DNA of 64,000 bases from Gammaproteobacteria bacterium (GTDB taxonomy: Bacteria; Pseudomonadota; Gammaproteobacteria; UBA4575), in the NCBI GenBank assembly GCA_965222615.1, contig CBDCUI010000008.1, positions 834,222 through 898,221 on the forward strand, written 5' to 3'. Below, piece by piece: positions 19,818 through 29,877 of this stretch. The notes beneath the pieces were generated by a model, which saw only the letters and a program-made list of their open reading frames with translations, was not told where the DNA came from and did not search any database. The translations under genes were made by a program, and so were the position numbers. Each line of letters starts with the position of its first letter. Within the stretch, counting starts at the first letter, position 1.

Positions 19818-21578
19818 ATGGATTCGTCGACCTTGACGGAAGAGTTATCCACAGATAATGCTTCTGAATTTAAACATCGACTACCTACAGCATGGAAGCG
19901 ATGGGATGTTTTGTTGGCGTCGTTGATTATCAACTTGGCTACACTGACATTGCCCATTGTTATTTTACAAGTCTATGACCGTATATTGCCTAATCAAGCA
20001 GTTGATACATTCACTCTTTTAATATTCGGTTTGTTAATTGCTGCAATATTAGATGGTGTACTTAGAGTAACACGCTCAGCAATCCTTACCTGGAAAGGTG
20101 TTCAATACGAACATACGGAAAGTATTCACGCAATAGAAAGAGTTGTTCATTCTGATTTAGTTAAGTTTGAAAGTAATTCAATTGGATCGTACTTGGACAA
20201 AATGGAAAGTCTCAAGAAGGTTAGAGAGTTTTATTCTGGACAATCTATATTGATGTTAGTGGATTTGCCCTTTGTTTTGGTTTTTTTAAGTTTAATTTTT
20301 GTGTTTGCAGGTGAAATGGTACTAATACCAATAACAATGATCATGATTTTTGTTGTAATTTCGTATTTCACAGGTAGGCAATTAAAAAAAGCGTTAGAGG
20401 AAAGATCTTCTGCAGATCAACGCAGACAAAATTTTCTTATCGAAACATTGCAAGGCATTCACACCGTAAAGGCAATGGCAATGGAAGCGCTAATGCTGCG
20501 CAGATACGAAAGATTGCAATCTCAATCTGCAGCAAGTGTTTATCAAGTGAGCCGCATAAACAGCATTGTTTCAGGATTGGGTGCTACATTTTCACAAATA
20601 GTTATGATCAGTTTTGTTGGCATAGGAAGTATATATGTGATCTCAGGGGATTTAACTATAGGCGCACTAGCGGCTGGCACGATGTTATCGGGCAGGGTGT
20701 TACAACCTGCTTTAAAGGCAATGGGACTTTGGACACAGTTACAAGCTGTATATATTGCGGGTGAAAAAGTAAACGACGTTCTGTCTTTACCACTTGAGGC
20801 ATTGAAAGAGCATCCTCGACCCATCATTTTAAAGGGTGGAGTTGAAATAAGAGATGTACATTTTCAACATGAAGGCAGCAAAACTGAATTATTATCTGGA
20901 GTGTCATTAAATATTAAACCCGGTGAGGCAATAGGAATCATTGGAGCAAATGGAGTAGGTAAAACTACGTTGATAAATTTAATTATGGGATTTGTTAATC
21001 CTACCAAAGGAGAAGTTTTATTAGACGGTCAAAATATTAAAACACTGGACGGTTCTTCAGTTCGTGCACAAATTGCCTTGATGCCGCAACAAGGTACTAT
21101 TTATGACGGTACGATTTTGGATAATTTAACCTTATTTCGTGAAGGTGAAGCAATTGACCAAGCGATTAAACTTACTAATTTACTTGGTTTAACCAAGGCA
21201 ATTAATAAACTTCCTAATGGCTTAGATACTCGAATTGGTGGTGCAAATGCAGATGCTATGCCTGCAGGAATCCGCCAACAAATCATTCTTGCGCGTTCAA
21301 TGATTGGTGATCCTGAATTTGGTGAACCAAAAATTATCTTATTCGATGATGCAAACTCTTGTTTAGATTTTGAAAATGAAGCTCGATTACATTCGTTTTT
21401 AGAGAACAATCGAAAAAATCGCACTTTACTAATTATTTCACATCGTCCATCTCTGCTAGCTATATGCGACCGACACTTTGAATTAAAACAGGGGAAATTA
21501 CACAGTAGAAGTATAAAGTTTAGTGAAAGTAATATGCTTGAGTCTTCATCAGGTTTCGATAACGTTGTGAATCAGTAA
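19818..21578 (+). CDS. T1SS ABC transporter subunit (TMD+NBD, no N-terminal C39/CLD domain); degenerate signature (MPAGIRQQ) and Walker B (ILFDDA)
   Basis: 586 aa; six-helix exporter TMD, Walker A GANGVGKTT, Q-loop MPQQ, H-loop ISHR. Confidence 0.85.
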   Translation: MDSSTLTEELSTDNASEFKHRLPTAWKRWDVLLASLIINLATLTLPIVILQVYDRILPNQAVDTFTLLIFGLLIAAILDGVLRVTRSAILTWKGVQYEHTESIHAIERVVHSDLVKFESNSIGSYLDKMESLKKVREFYSGQSILMLVDLPFVLVFLSLIFVFAGEMVLIPITMIMIFVVISYFTGRQLKKALEERSSADQRRQNFLIETLQGIHTVKAMAMEALMLRRYERLQSQSAASVYQVSRINSIVSGLGATFSQIVMISFVGIGSIYVISGDLTIGALAAGTMLSGRVLQPALKAMGLWTQLQAVYIAGEKVNDVLSLPLEALKEHPRPIILKGGVEIRDVHFQHEGSKTELLSGVSLNIKPGEAIGIIGANGVGKTTLINLIMGFVNPTKGEVLLDGQNIKTLDGSSVRAQIALMPQQGTIYDGTILDNLTLFREGEAIDQAIKLTNLLGLTKAINKLPNGLDTRIGGANADAMPAGIRQQIILARSMIGDPEFGEPKIILFDDANSCLDFENEARLHSFLENNRKNRTLLIISHRPSLLAICDRHFELKQGKLHSRSIKFSESNMLESSSGFDNVVNQ

Positions 21579-21582
21579 TGCA

Positions 21583-23772
21583 ATGAGCGTAACTGCAGAA
21601 GATTTCAGTAATTTTGAAAAGGAAGAACAACTTCCTCTATCTGAGCGTTTAGCGAATGCTATACGCTATGGTAAGTATCAAGAGGTTGATAAAATTTCAC
21701 CTTATGCCGCCTGTATCATACCTATACTTACTGAGTTGGGTTGGCGTTCTTATAAACGTGAACTCATCGAGGCGATACCTCACTTCGCAGATCATTTAGA
21801 TCTCGTCGATCTACGCAATATGCTCGTTACTTTAGGTTATGAAAGTGACGAAAAGAAAACTACTGTAAAAAAAATTAGTCCAGCACTTACTCCATGTTTG
21901 TTTGTATCTAAGAAGGGGGATGTTTATGTAATCACAGAAAAAACCAAAGATTCGATTACCTACTATGATGCAACAAAAAGAAATTATTGTTCGAATGATA
22001 TCTCATATGAAAAAGGAACGGCTTACTTTTTCACCGATATGCACCCAACACATGCAATGACAGGCCAAGAGCAAAGCGGTGAACAATGGTTTTCACAAGT
22101 CTTAAAGCGATTTAAAAAGTTAGTCAAACATTTATTTGCGATGACATTTATTTTAAATATTATCGCATTACTGGTGCCACTGTTTATTATGGTGGTATAC
22201 GACAATGTAATTGGAGCAGGCACAACAAAAAGTGTCCCGTACTTAATGGTTGGTATATGCATTGCATTAGCATGTGAGCTTATTTTTAGATTAGTTCGCT
22301 CAAAAACACTTGGTCTGCTTGCAGGGCGCTTAGATTATATAATTGGTGTAGAAACATTTAAGAAAATTCTATCTCTGCCTCCATTACTTACCGAACGCTC
22401 AACAGTTATCTCACAACTTTCTAGGCTAAGGCAGTTTGAATCCATACGAGAATTTTTTACTGGCCCAAGCGCTGCTTTATTTTTGGAATTACCCTTTGTA
22501 TTTTTGTTTGTCATTTTGCTAGCAATTTTAGGAGGGAGTATTGCACTGGTGCCTATTGCAATGATAATCATCTATGTAATTTTTGGGTTTTTTTGGTTTC
22601 CAAATATTAATAAAAAACTTATCCATGCAGGACATGCACGATCTGCACGTCAGCGTATGTTAATGGAGACTTTTTCAGGTCTGCGTGAGCTTAAATCTTT
22701 AGGGGCTGAAGGTGCTTGGCTGGAGCTATGCAGAGAAGCTTCAGGTGAAGCCATGACGCGAACCTATAAAACCACCACCAGTCATGCAGTTATTAACAGT
22801 ATGGCGCAATCATTGATGACCCTTGCAGGGATATCTGTTCTGGCGATTGGAACATTAAAGGTAATGCACGGGGACATGACTATTGGCGCTTTAATAGCTG
22901 TAATGGCTTTAATCTGGCGTGTGTTATCGCCATTGCAGGGTGTGTGTCTTGCGATGTTACAAATCGATCAAATTACGCAAAGTATCAAACAGCTGAATCA
23001 ACTCATGCGCGTACCTTCAGAAACCAATAGTTATAAAGCTGGGTTATTGATGCCAAAGATATCAGGAAAAATCACATTAGACCGAGTGACATTTCGCTAT
23101 GGTCCAAACGAAAATCCTGCTTTAGTCGGTGCATCATTTACGATTAATCCAGGCGAATTTGTAGCTATTGTAGGCGGTAATGGCTCTGGAAAATCTACGG
23201 TATTAAAGCTAATTGCTGGAATGTATCGCGCACAGGCAGGTTTGCTTGCTATCGATGATACCGATGTGAGGCAATTAAATGCGATTGATTTGCGCCGAGT
23301 AATTGCTTACATGCCGCAAAAACCAAGCCTGTTTTATGGAACGATTACGCAAAATATTCGAATGAATCAGCCCTTAGCGACGGATGACCAAATAGAGCTG
23401 GCAGCACGTCAAGCTGGAATTTTCGCATCTATCCAGCGATTACCTGACGGGTTTGACACCCTTGTTGGTGACCACACAACTTCACGCTTACCGTCCGGTT
23501 TGGTACACGGAATTTGTTTGGCACGTGCCTATGTTCGCCAAGCGCCAATTTTTTTGCTAGATGAACCAGGAACCTCGCTCGATACAGTTACAGATAAAAA
23601 TTTAATCGAGCACTTAAATAAGACACGTGGAAACCAGACAGTACTAATGGTTAGCCATCGTCCATCACATATAAAACTTGCAGATCGTGCAATTGTAATG
23701 GTTAACGGTATGGTTGCACATGTTGGGACACCTGATGAAGCAGTTAAATACTTAACGGAGATGCAAAGATGA
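21583..23772 (+). CDS. T1SS ABC transporter subunit with N-terminal C39-like domain (HlyB-like); degenerate signature (LPSGLVHG), consensus Walker A/B
   Basis: 729 aa; about 160-aa N-terminal domain, TMD, Walker A GGNGSGKST, Walker B IFLLDEPGTSLD, H-loop VSHR. Confidence 0.85.
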   Translation: MSVTAEDFSNFEKEEQLPLSERLANAIRYGKYQEVDKISPYAACIIPILTELGWRSYKRELIEAIPHFADHLDLVDLRNMLVTLGYESDEKKTTVKKISPALTPCLFVSKKGDVYVITEKTKDSITYYDATKRNYCSNDISYEKGTAYFFTDMHPTHAMTGQEQSGEQWFSQVLKRFKKLVKHLFAMTFILNIIALLVPLFIMVVYDNVIGAGTTKSVPYLMVGICIALACELIFRLVRSKTLGLLAGRLDYIIGVETFKKILSLPPLLTERSTVISQLSRLRQFESIREFFTGPSAALFLELPFVFLFVILLAILGGSIALVPIAMIIIYVIFGFFWFPNINKKLIHAGHARSARQRMLMETFSGLRELKSLGAEGAWLELCREASGEAMTRTYKTTTSHAVINSMAQSLMTLAGISVLAIGTLKVMHGDMTIGALIAVMALIWRVLSPLQGVCLAMLQIDQITQSIKQLNQLMRVPSETNSYKAGLLMPKISGKITLDRVTFRYGPNENPALVGASFTINPGEFVAIVGGNGSGKSTVLKLIAGMYRAQAGLLAIDDTDVRQLNAIDLRRVIAYMPQKPSLFYGTITQNIRMNQPLATDDQIELAARQAGIFASIQRLPDGFDTLVGDHTTSRLPSGLVHGICLARAYVRQAPIFLLDEPGTSLDTVTDKNLIEHLNKTRGNQTVLMVSHRPSHIKLADRAIVMVNGMVAHVGTPDEAVKYLTEMQR

Positions 23773-25124
23773 CGCAGGAAAGCATGTCTTTATCTAATAC
23801 AGTTAAAACAGAAGTACCACGTGCAAGAGCTCGGTTTATTGCTCAATCGATTCAATTAGAAGAATCAGATGCGCCAGGTGTTGTAAGTATTGGAATATTA
23901 ACGACTGCTATTCTCTGCCTAGCTGCAGTATTTTGGGCTTACTTCACTCCTGTTAATGAAGTCGCGATCACTCAAGGCGAGGTTGTTCCCAGTGGATATA
24001 ATCATGTAGTACAACATTTAGAAGGTGGGATAGTAAAAGAGATACGAGTAAGTGATGGAGAATTCGTTAATGAGGGGGATGTGCTAATTCGCATAGCACC
24101 ATCAGCAACCAAATCAGACTTGCAGCAAATACAGGCCCGCTATGCGATTTTAAAACTGCAATTAACACGTCTTAATGCAATATTAAGTGGTGATCAACCT
24201 GATTTTGAAAACTATCAAAATACTTATCCTGAATTAGTAGCAAGTGAAAAAGAAATTTACTATGCACAGCTTAAAAGTCATCAATCACAAATTAAAGTAG
24301 CTAAAACTAAAATTAGTCAGCGTTATGAAGAACTGGAACGAGAAAAAAGTAAAGCTAGTTATTTGAAGAGGGAGTTGAATGTGCTACAACAACAAGCTGC
24401 AATGCGGGAGGGTTTAGTAAGCCGTGGTTTGGTATCGAGAGCAGAATATCTTGATCGAAAGGTGGAATTAGCTGAAACCGAGACTCAATATCAACAAACA
24501 CTATCCAATATTAATGTAGCCAGTGAGGCAAGAAGGGAAGCGCATCAGTCATTAATTGATTTGGAAAATCGTTTACAAGAATCAATACAATTGGAAATAG
24601 GCAAAGTGTCTGGTGAATTGGCGGAGTTGGATGAGAATTTAATCAAGTATGAGGATCGAGTCAATCGTTTAGAATTAACCGCCCCAGTTTCCGGTGTAGT
24701 AAAAGGTTTAGTTGTAAATACTATTCAAAGTGTAATTAAACCGGGTGAAACAATTATGGAGATTGTGCCTGCTGGCGATGAATTAATTGTCGAAACTAAA
24801 ATCAATACATCAGATATTGGCCATGTCTATACCGGTCAAGAGGCAGAAATTAAAGTCAATAGCTATGATCCCCAACGTTTTGGAACGGTATCAGGAGAAG
24901 TAAAACAAATTAGTGCATCTACATTCTTAGATGAGGAGAGACAGCCCTATTATCGTGCAAAGATAGCTTTACAAAAACATTATATTGGCAACAATCCAAA
25001 TCGATACCAAGTTATACCTGGAATGACAGTTCAGGCAGATATTAAAACAGGTGAAAAATCCGTTCTGGATTACTTATTGAAACCTATTTACCGCGGGTTT
25101 CAAAATGCGTTTCAAGAAAGATAA
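23769..25124 (+). CDS. HlyD-family T1SS periplasmic adaptor (membrane fusion protein)
   Basis: 451 aa; N-terminal TM, long coiled-coil, C-terminal beta-barrel; start overlaps the ABC stop (ATGA). Confidence 0.88.
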   Translation: MTQESMSLSNTVKTEVPRARARFIAQSIQLEESDAPGVVSIGILTTAILCLAAVFWAYFTPVNEVAITQGEVVPSGYNHVVQHLEGGIVKEIRVSDGEFVNEGDVLIRIAPSATKSDLQQIQARYAILKLQLTRLNAILSGDQPDFENYQNTYPELVASEKEIYYAQLKSHQSQIKVAKTKISQRYEELEREKSKASYLKRELNVLQQQAAMREGLVSRGLVSRAEYLDRKVELAETETQYQQTLSNINVASEARREAHQSLIDLENRLQESIQLEIGKVSGELAELDENLIKYEDRVNRLELTAPVSGVVKGLVVNTIQSVIKPGETIMEIVPAGDELIVETKINTSDIGHVYTGQEAEIKVNSYDPQRFGTVSGEVKQISASTFLDEERQPYYRAKIALQKHYIGNNPNRYQVIPGMTVQADIKTGEKSVLDYLLKPIYRGFQNAFQER

Positions 25125-25159
25125 AGGTGAGTACTACTGTATTTCTTGAGCCACAAAAG

Positions 25160-25624
25160 CTAGTGAATGATATTATTGATAGGTGTAGTAGCTTTTTGTT
25201 CAAACCAGAAATTTTCAATAGAAAGAACAATTTCTTTTAAATCATTAAAATTATCTGGCTTTACTAGATATGAATTTGCATGCAAGTCATAACTTGTTGT
25301 GATATCTGATATTGCATCTGAGCCGGATAGAATAATAACTGGTATGTCCCTTAAATTTTTATCAGTCTTAATTTCATCGAGTAATTCTCTACCGTCAATT
25401 TTTGGTAGATTCAAGTCTAGAAGGATCAAGTCAGGTTTGGGGATTCTGGTATAAGGTTTTTTTCTATATAGCATTTGTAATGCTTGTTCTCCATCTTTAG
25501 CAATGTGTAAATTACAATTAAATTGTGATGACCTAAATGCTTTTTTTGTGAGTAACACATCACCAGGATTGTCTTCAATTAGCAGTATTTCAGCTCTTCT
25601 ATTTCTAGTGTCGATTAAATTCAT
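25160..25624 (-). CDS. single-domain CheY-like response regulator (Rcp1-like, ILLIEDNPGD)
   Basis: 154 aa receiver domain only; translationally coupled to the upstream histidine kinase (ATGA overlap at 25621-25624). Confidence 0.8.
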   Translation of the reverse strand: MNLIDTRNRRAEILLIEDNPGDVLLTKKAFRSSQFNCNLHIAKDGEQALQMLYRKKPYTRIPKPDLILLDLNLPKIDGRELLDEIKTDKNLRDIPVIILSGSDAISDITTSYDLHANSYLVKPDNFNDLKEIVLSIENFWFEQKATTPINNIIH

Positions 25625-27972
25625 GCCGCTTTACCCGTCTCTATAATTTGTTTAGGGATTGTAATGTAAAAAGTAGTTCCTACACCTTCATTAGATTTTA
25701 CATGCAAGCTACCGTCCATTCGGTCTATAATTTTTTTGCAAACGGCTAGGCCTATCCCGGTACCGCTATATTCATTGTTGGCATGTAAACGTTTGAAGGG
25801 CTCAAATATTTTGGGTAAATATTTTGGATGTATGCCAATACCATTATCTTCAATCGTGAGTTCCCATTTATCGGCATATTGTTCAGCCGATATTGAAATT
25901 ACTGGAGTGTTGTTTTTGAGCTGGAACTTGATTCCGTTACTTATTAAATTTTGTAGAAGACTGATCATACTAGCTTTATTACCAGTAATTGAGGGTAGAT
26001 CATTAAATACTAAGACAGCATTACTTTCTTGTATTTGTTTTTTTAAATTTTCAGAAACATGACTTAGAACCTCATTTAGGTCAACGTTTTCCATTTTCTC
26101 ATCTTCTTTGCTTGCCCGTGCATATTCTAGTAAGGCTTTTATCAATTTTTGCATCTGTACAGCTGCATTTGAAGTGATGGCTAAATACTCCTTCTCAGTA
26201 CTATTCAGTTTATTTGAACATGTTTCTTTTAATAACCCAGTGAAATTAGTAATCATCCTTAAAGGCTCTTGTAGATCATGAGAAGCCACATAAACAAAAT
26301 TTTCTAACTCAGCATTAGCATTAGTAAGTTCAGATACCGCGTCCTCAAGATGAATTTCGGTATCGTGGAGATAATCTATGTATTGAGAACGCGTAAATTC
26401 ATTACCGATCCATTGAGAAACCAATCTTACAAAGGATTTTTCTCTTTCATCAAACGGACGTAATCTATTGTCTTTGCCATAGAAATTTACTGAACCATAA
26501 ATATTTTCATGAATATATAAAGGCATCGCAATAAACGAATTGATCCCACTTTTTATAAGTGCAGGACTATATTCAGATTCAGATATGTTATGAATCGCAA
26601 CAATATCATTTTTTTCTTGTGTGGATTGATAAAGCACATCTTTTAAAGCAGCTAACTTATTGCAATTTGCCCCATATCCTTCCGTACAGTGACAATAATC
26701 AACACAATACTTGTTATCTTTAACATTACAAATCAATCCACAGGACAATTTTAAATAAGATAAGGTCTCTTTGAGAATTTTATTTAATTTAGTGTCTAGT
26801 GGTGTTGTAGCATCAGTGCTAAGGATGTAAAAAGAGTTCATAAAATGTTCGTGAGCTTTACGTTTGGAGACATCTACAAAATAGCCTACCATTCGCACAG
26901 CTCTACCAAATTCATTGCGGACAGCTTGTCCGCGAGCACGTACCCATACATACTTACCGTTTTTTTGTTGAAGTCTACATTCAACATCAAAGCGTGTATT
27001 AGACTTAAGGTGAGAAACTAAAGCGGAGTTCGCGCATTCAATATCATCTTTATGCGTAAGTTTTTCAAGCCATTCAATATCAGGAGTCATATCTTCAGGA
27101 GCAGTGATGCCTAACATCTCGAATACGCTTGATGAACAATACATTTCATTGTTTTCAATATCCCAGTCCAATAGACCTACTTTCGTCCCTTCTAAGGCAA
27201 GGTCATACCTTTCTTTTTGTTCACGATAGGAAATTTTTGCTTGATATGAGTCAGTAAATAATTGATTTAATGTTGTCGCTACGGTGCCAATTTCATCATC
27301 TCTTGATATTGGTATAGGGCTGAATGCTGCTTGAGAATTATTTTTATTTAACGACCAATTTATTTTAGCTAAAGGTTTGAAAATATATTTATTGGTTAAT
27401 ATATAAACTATGCCTAATGCGCAAATCATTGTTAGGACTAGTGCAATGGATGTATTTAGAATCTGATTTTGTAATTGCAAACGAATTTTAGATACATCAA
27501 AGACAACGCCAACTGATGCTTTAGTAATTTGTCCATTGTTTAGCATATTGCCTAACCATATTGTAGATAAAGAAGTGTATTCATCTTTTTCAGGGATAAA
27601 TTTAAAAGATTGAGTTGAATCATGGTCTGAAAATATTTCATTGGTCGGCAAACCAATTAGCGCATGTTTATTAGAGGCGATCACAGTGGGCGGATTGTCT
27701 ATTCTAATAATTATTAATTTAATATCTCGATTGGCAGCTAGAGTCTTTACCCCTTTAACAAGTTCTGGCGATTCCCCAGAAGTTTGAGCCATATAATCCA
27801 AGATATCTATAACTTCAGTCGCACGTGTATATACCTGATCAGATAATTTATCATTAAATACTTTGTACATAATGAGGCAGATGATTATCACCGCAATGCA
27901 AAATATGAATAGCAGTGAAAAAAGAATCTTTTTTTGGGAAGAATTTTTCACCTCTGAAAAATAGCTAAACAT
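25621..27972 (-). CDS. membrane sensor histidine kinase (2 TM + periplasmic domain, PAS, Cys-rich GAF-like, HisKA SHDLQEPLR, HATPase_c)
   Basis: 783 aa; H-box VASHDLQEPLRMI, G-box GTGIGLAVCKKII. Confidence 0.85.
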   Translation of the reverse strand: MFSYFSEVKNSSQKKILFSLLFIFCIAVIIICLIMYKVFNDKLSDQVYTRATEVIDILDYMAQTSGESPELVKGVKTLAANRDIKLIIIRIDNPPTVIASNKHALIGLPTNEIFSDHDSTQSFKFIPEKDEYTSLSTIWLGNMLNNGQITKASVGVVFDVSKIRLQLQNQILNTSIALVLTMICALGIVYILTNKYIFKPLAKINWSLNKNNSQAAFSPIPISRDDEIGTVATTLNQLFTDSYQAKISYREQKERYDLALEGTKVGLLDWDIENNEMYCSSSVFEMLGITAPEDMTPDIEWLEKLTHKDDIECANSALVSHLKSNTRFDVECRLQQKNGKYVWVRARGQAVRNEFGRAVRMVGYFVDVSKRKAHEHFMNSFYILSTDATTPLDTKLNKILKETLSYLKLSCGLICNVKDNKYCVDYCHCTEGYGANCNKLAALKDVLYQSTQEKNDIVAIHNISESEYSPALIKSGINSFIAMPLYIHENIYGSVNFYGKDNRLRPFDEREKSFVRLVSQWIGNEFTRSQYIDYLHDTEIHLEDAVSELTNANAELENFVYVASHDLQEPLRMITNFTGLLKETCSNKLNSTEKEYLAITSNAAVQMQKLIKALLEYARASKEDEKMENVDLNEVLSHVSENLKKQIQESNAVLVFNDLPSITGNKASMISLLQNLISNGIKFQLKNNTPVISISAEQYADKWELTIEDNGIGIHPKYLPKIFEPFKRLHANNEYSGTGIGLAVCKKIIDRMDGSLHVKSNEGVGTTFYITIPKQIIETGKAA

Positions 27973-27980
27973 TTCTTGAG

Positions 27981-28970
27981 TTAACTTAAATCTAGATTGT
28001 AAATAAATTGAGAATATTTTATTTGTTCTTCGTTATTGTCCATAAATACAATAGAGCTAATTTTTTCGAGGGTTTGTTGAACGACACCATTTGGCGCTAA
28101 AAAATTACTTTGTTCACTTGATTTAATCAAGTGAATATCCTTCATAGCTTCTTTAAACTCATTCATTGAAATGGGAAATCGTTCCACTAATGTAGCATAA
28201 GCCTCCTCAGGATTCGCATCGATATATTTCATTGTCTTAGCCCATACATGTTGTAGCTTGCGTTGTAAATCGGGGTGATCATCAAGTACTTTCTTATCAA
28301 TTGAGAGCACATCTAAAATTTCGCCACGAATATGTGAGCTGTCAAATAATTTATTAACTTGTAAATGTTTTTGTACAGTTATTGAATCAGGAGGATAAGA
28401 AGTAATTGCATCCACTTTTTTTGATTTTAATGAAGACAGTAGTTTGTGTTGCTGCATTGGTATGAGTGTTACATCAGTTGGTTTCATATTATTTAACTCA
28501 AGCGCCCGATAAATCATGTAAAAACTCAAGCCTCCACTTTCGACACCTATTTTCTTACCTTTCAAATTACGCATGGCTTTTATTGATGGTGACGCTAGAA
28601 TCACGTCTGCACCTTCGGAAAAGTCGATTGCTAAAACTACTTGGGCGATTCGGTTAGAATATTTATAGGCCTCTAAGACCTCAATTAAAGTTGATGCCAT
28701 GCCATCAATTTTTCCACGTTCAAATGCGCGTCGTACTGCTACTAGAGAACTTAATTCAACCAGCTCCACATCTAGGCCAGCTTCTTTAAAGAACCCTTGC
28801 TTTTTTGCAATAAACAAATGTTCGAACCCAGGGTATTCATCAATACCTATTCGTATGGTTTTCTTTATTGAATGCTTGGTCGAAGAAATATTATAGATTG
28901 CTAGTAGTAGCGGGATTGCTACCAGCAAAAATAGAACAGTATTTCTCATTCCAGAAAAATTCTGATACAT
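27981..28970 (-). CDS. periplasmic substrate-binding protein, NMT1/SsuA/TauA-like family
   Basis: 329 aa with signal peptide MRNTVLFLLVAIPLLLAIYNI; no adjacent permease or ATPase, so it is likely a sensor partner of the kinase. Confidence 0.65.
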   Translation of the reverse strand: MYQNFSGMRNTVLFLLVAIPLLLAIYNISSTKHSIKKTIRIGIDEYPGFEHLFIAKKQGFFKEAGLDVELVELSSLVAVRRAFERGKIDGMASTLIEVLEAYKYSNRIAQVVLAIDFSEGADVILASPSIKAMRNLKGKKIGVESGGLSFYMIYRALELNNMKPTDVTLIPMQQHKLLSSLKSKKVDAITSYPPDSITVQKHLQVNKLFDSSHIRGEILDVLSIDKKVLDDHPDLQRKLQHVWAKTMKYIDANPEEAYATLVERFPISMNEFKEAMKDIHLIKSSEQSNFLAPNGVVQQTLEKISSIVFMDNNEEQIKYSQFIYNLDLS

Positions 28971-29219
28971 GAACTAAATACTAATTAAATAAAAGTTTGA
29001 ACGTCAAAATAATGGCGTACCATAATATATAAATTATAGCATTAGCTTTGTTGCTCTAATTTTTGTTTACATAATTTATCGATTACGTCAAATATTTGGC
29101 GTTTTGTAAGTTGCAAAGATAATAGGCTGTAAAAATTATTAGAACAGCTTAAATTTTTATTTAAGCCAATCCTAATCTCGCTAACCTTTAACGTGGTAAT
29201 TAACTAGAAGTAGAATGAA

Positions 29220-29591
29220 TTACTGAGTATGAGTAAGGGTGATTGAGTTTTTAAACGAATCTAATGTGAAAGGGCTGGAGATAATAAAATCTGCACCAGC
29301 ATCTTTAGCGATATTTTTAATTTTTGAAGAGGCTTGTGTTGTAACAAACCCAAAAGTAACTGAATGATTAGCTTCACGTAAGGATTTAAGGAACTCCAGA
29401 CCTGCCATGTTTGGCATATTCCAGTCTGCAATAACTAAATCAGGTTTTTTATTTTCTACTTGTTTAAAACCCTCTTCACCATCTGATGCCTCGATTAGCT
29501 CTTCAGCATGAATATCAGCTTGCTGTAATATCCACTTAACGACTTTGCGCATTGCAGTACTGTCATCAACAATCAATATTCTCATTTTCAA
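29220..29591 (-). CDS. single-domain CheY-like response regulator
   Basis: 123 aa; ILIVDDS...D...K receiver signature. Confidence 0.8.
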   Translation of the reverse strand: MKMRILIVDDSTAMRKVVKWILQQADIHAEELIEASDGEEGFKQVENKKPDLVIADWNMPNMAGLEFLKSLREANHSVTFGFVTTQASSKIKNIAKDAGADFIISSPFTLDSFKNSITLTHTQ

Positions 29592-29742
29592 CTCATATCG
29601 CTAAAAAAGCTCGATAATTTATATCGGGTCTTGCAATACATTTATCGGCAGATTGTTGAAAAATTTAAGCTATTCTGCTTGCTCTCAAACCAATATTTCC
29701 TAGTTTTAGAACCATTAAGCTGATGAAATCATAGGTTTTTCC

Positions 29743-29769
29743 TAAATTTTCAAACATTCTGGCCGTTAT
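29743..29769 (+). promoter_or_regulatory. sigma-28 (FliA)-type promoter upstream of motA
   Basis: TAAA-N15-GCCGTTAT versus consensus TAAA-N15-GCCGATAA. Confidence 0.4.
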
Positions 29770-29877
29770 TAAGGTTGTAGCCAAAAGCTATTCAGATTAC
29801 GTAATTGAATCAATAAAAATCAGTGAGTTACTGAGTTATATGCATTGTGCCTATAAGAGACAAGGAGTGTTTACTAC

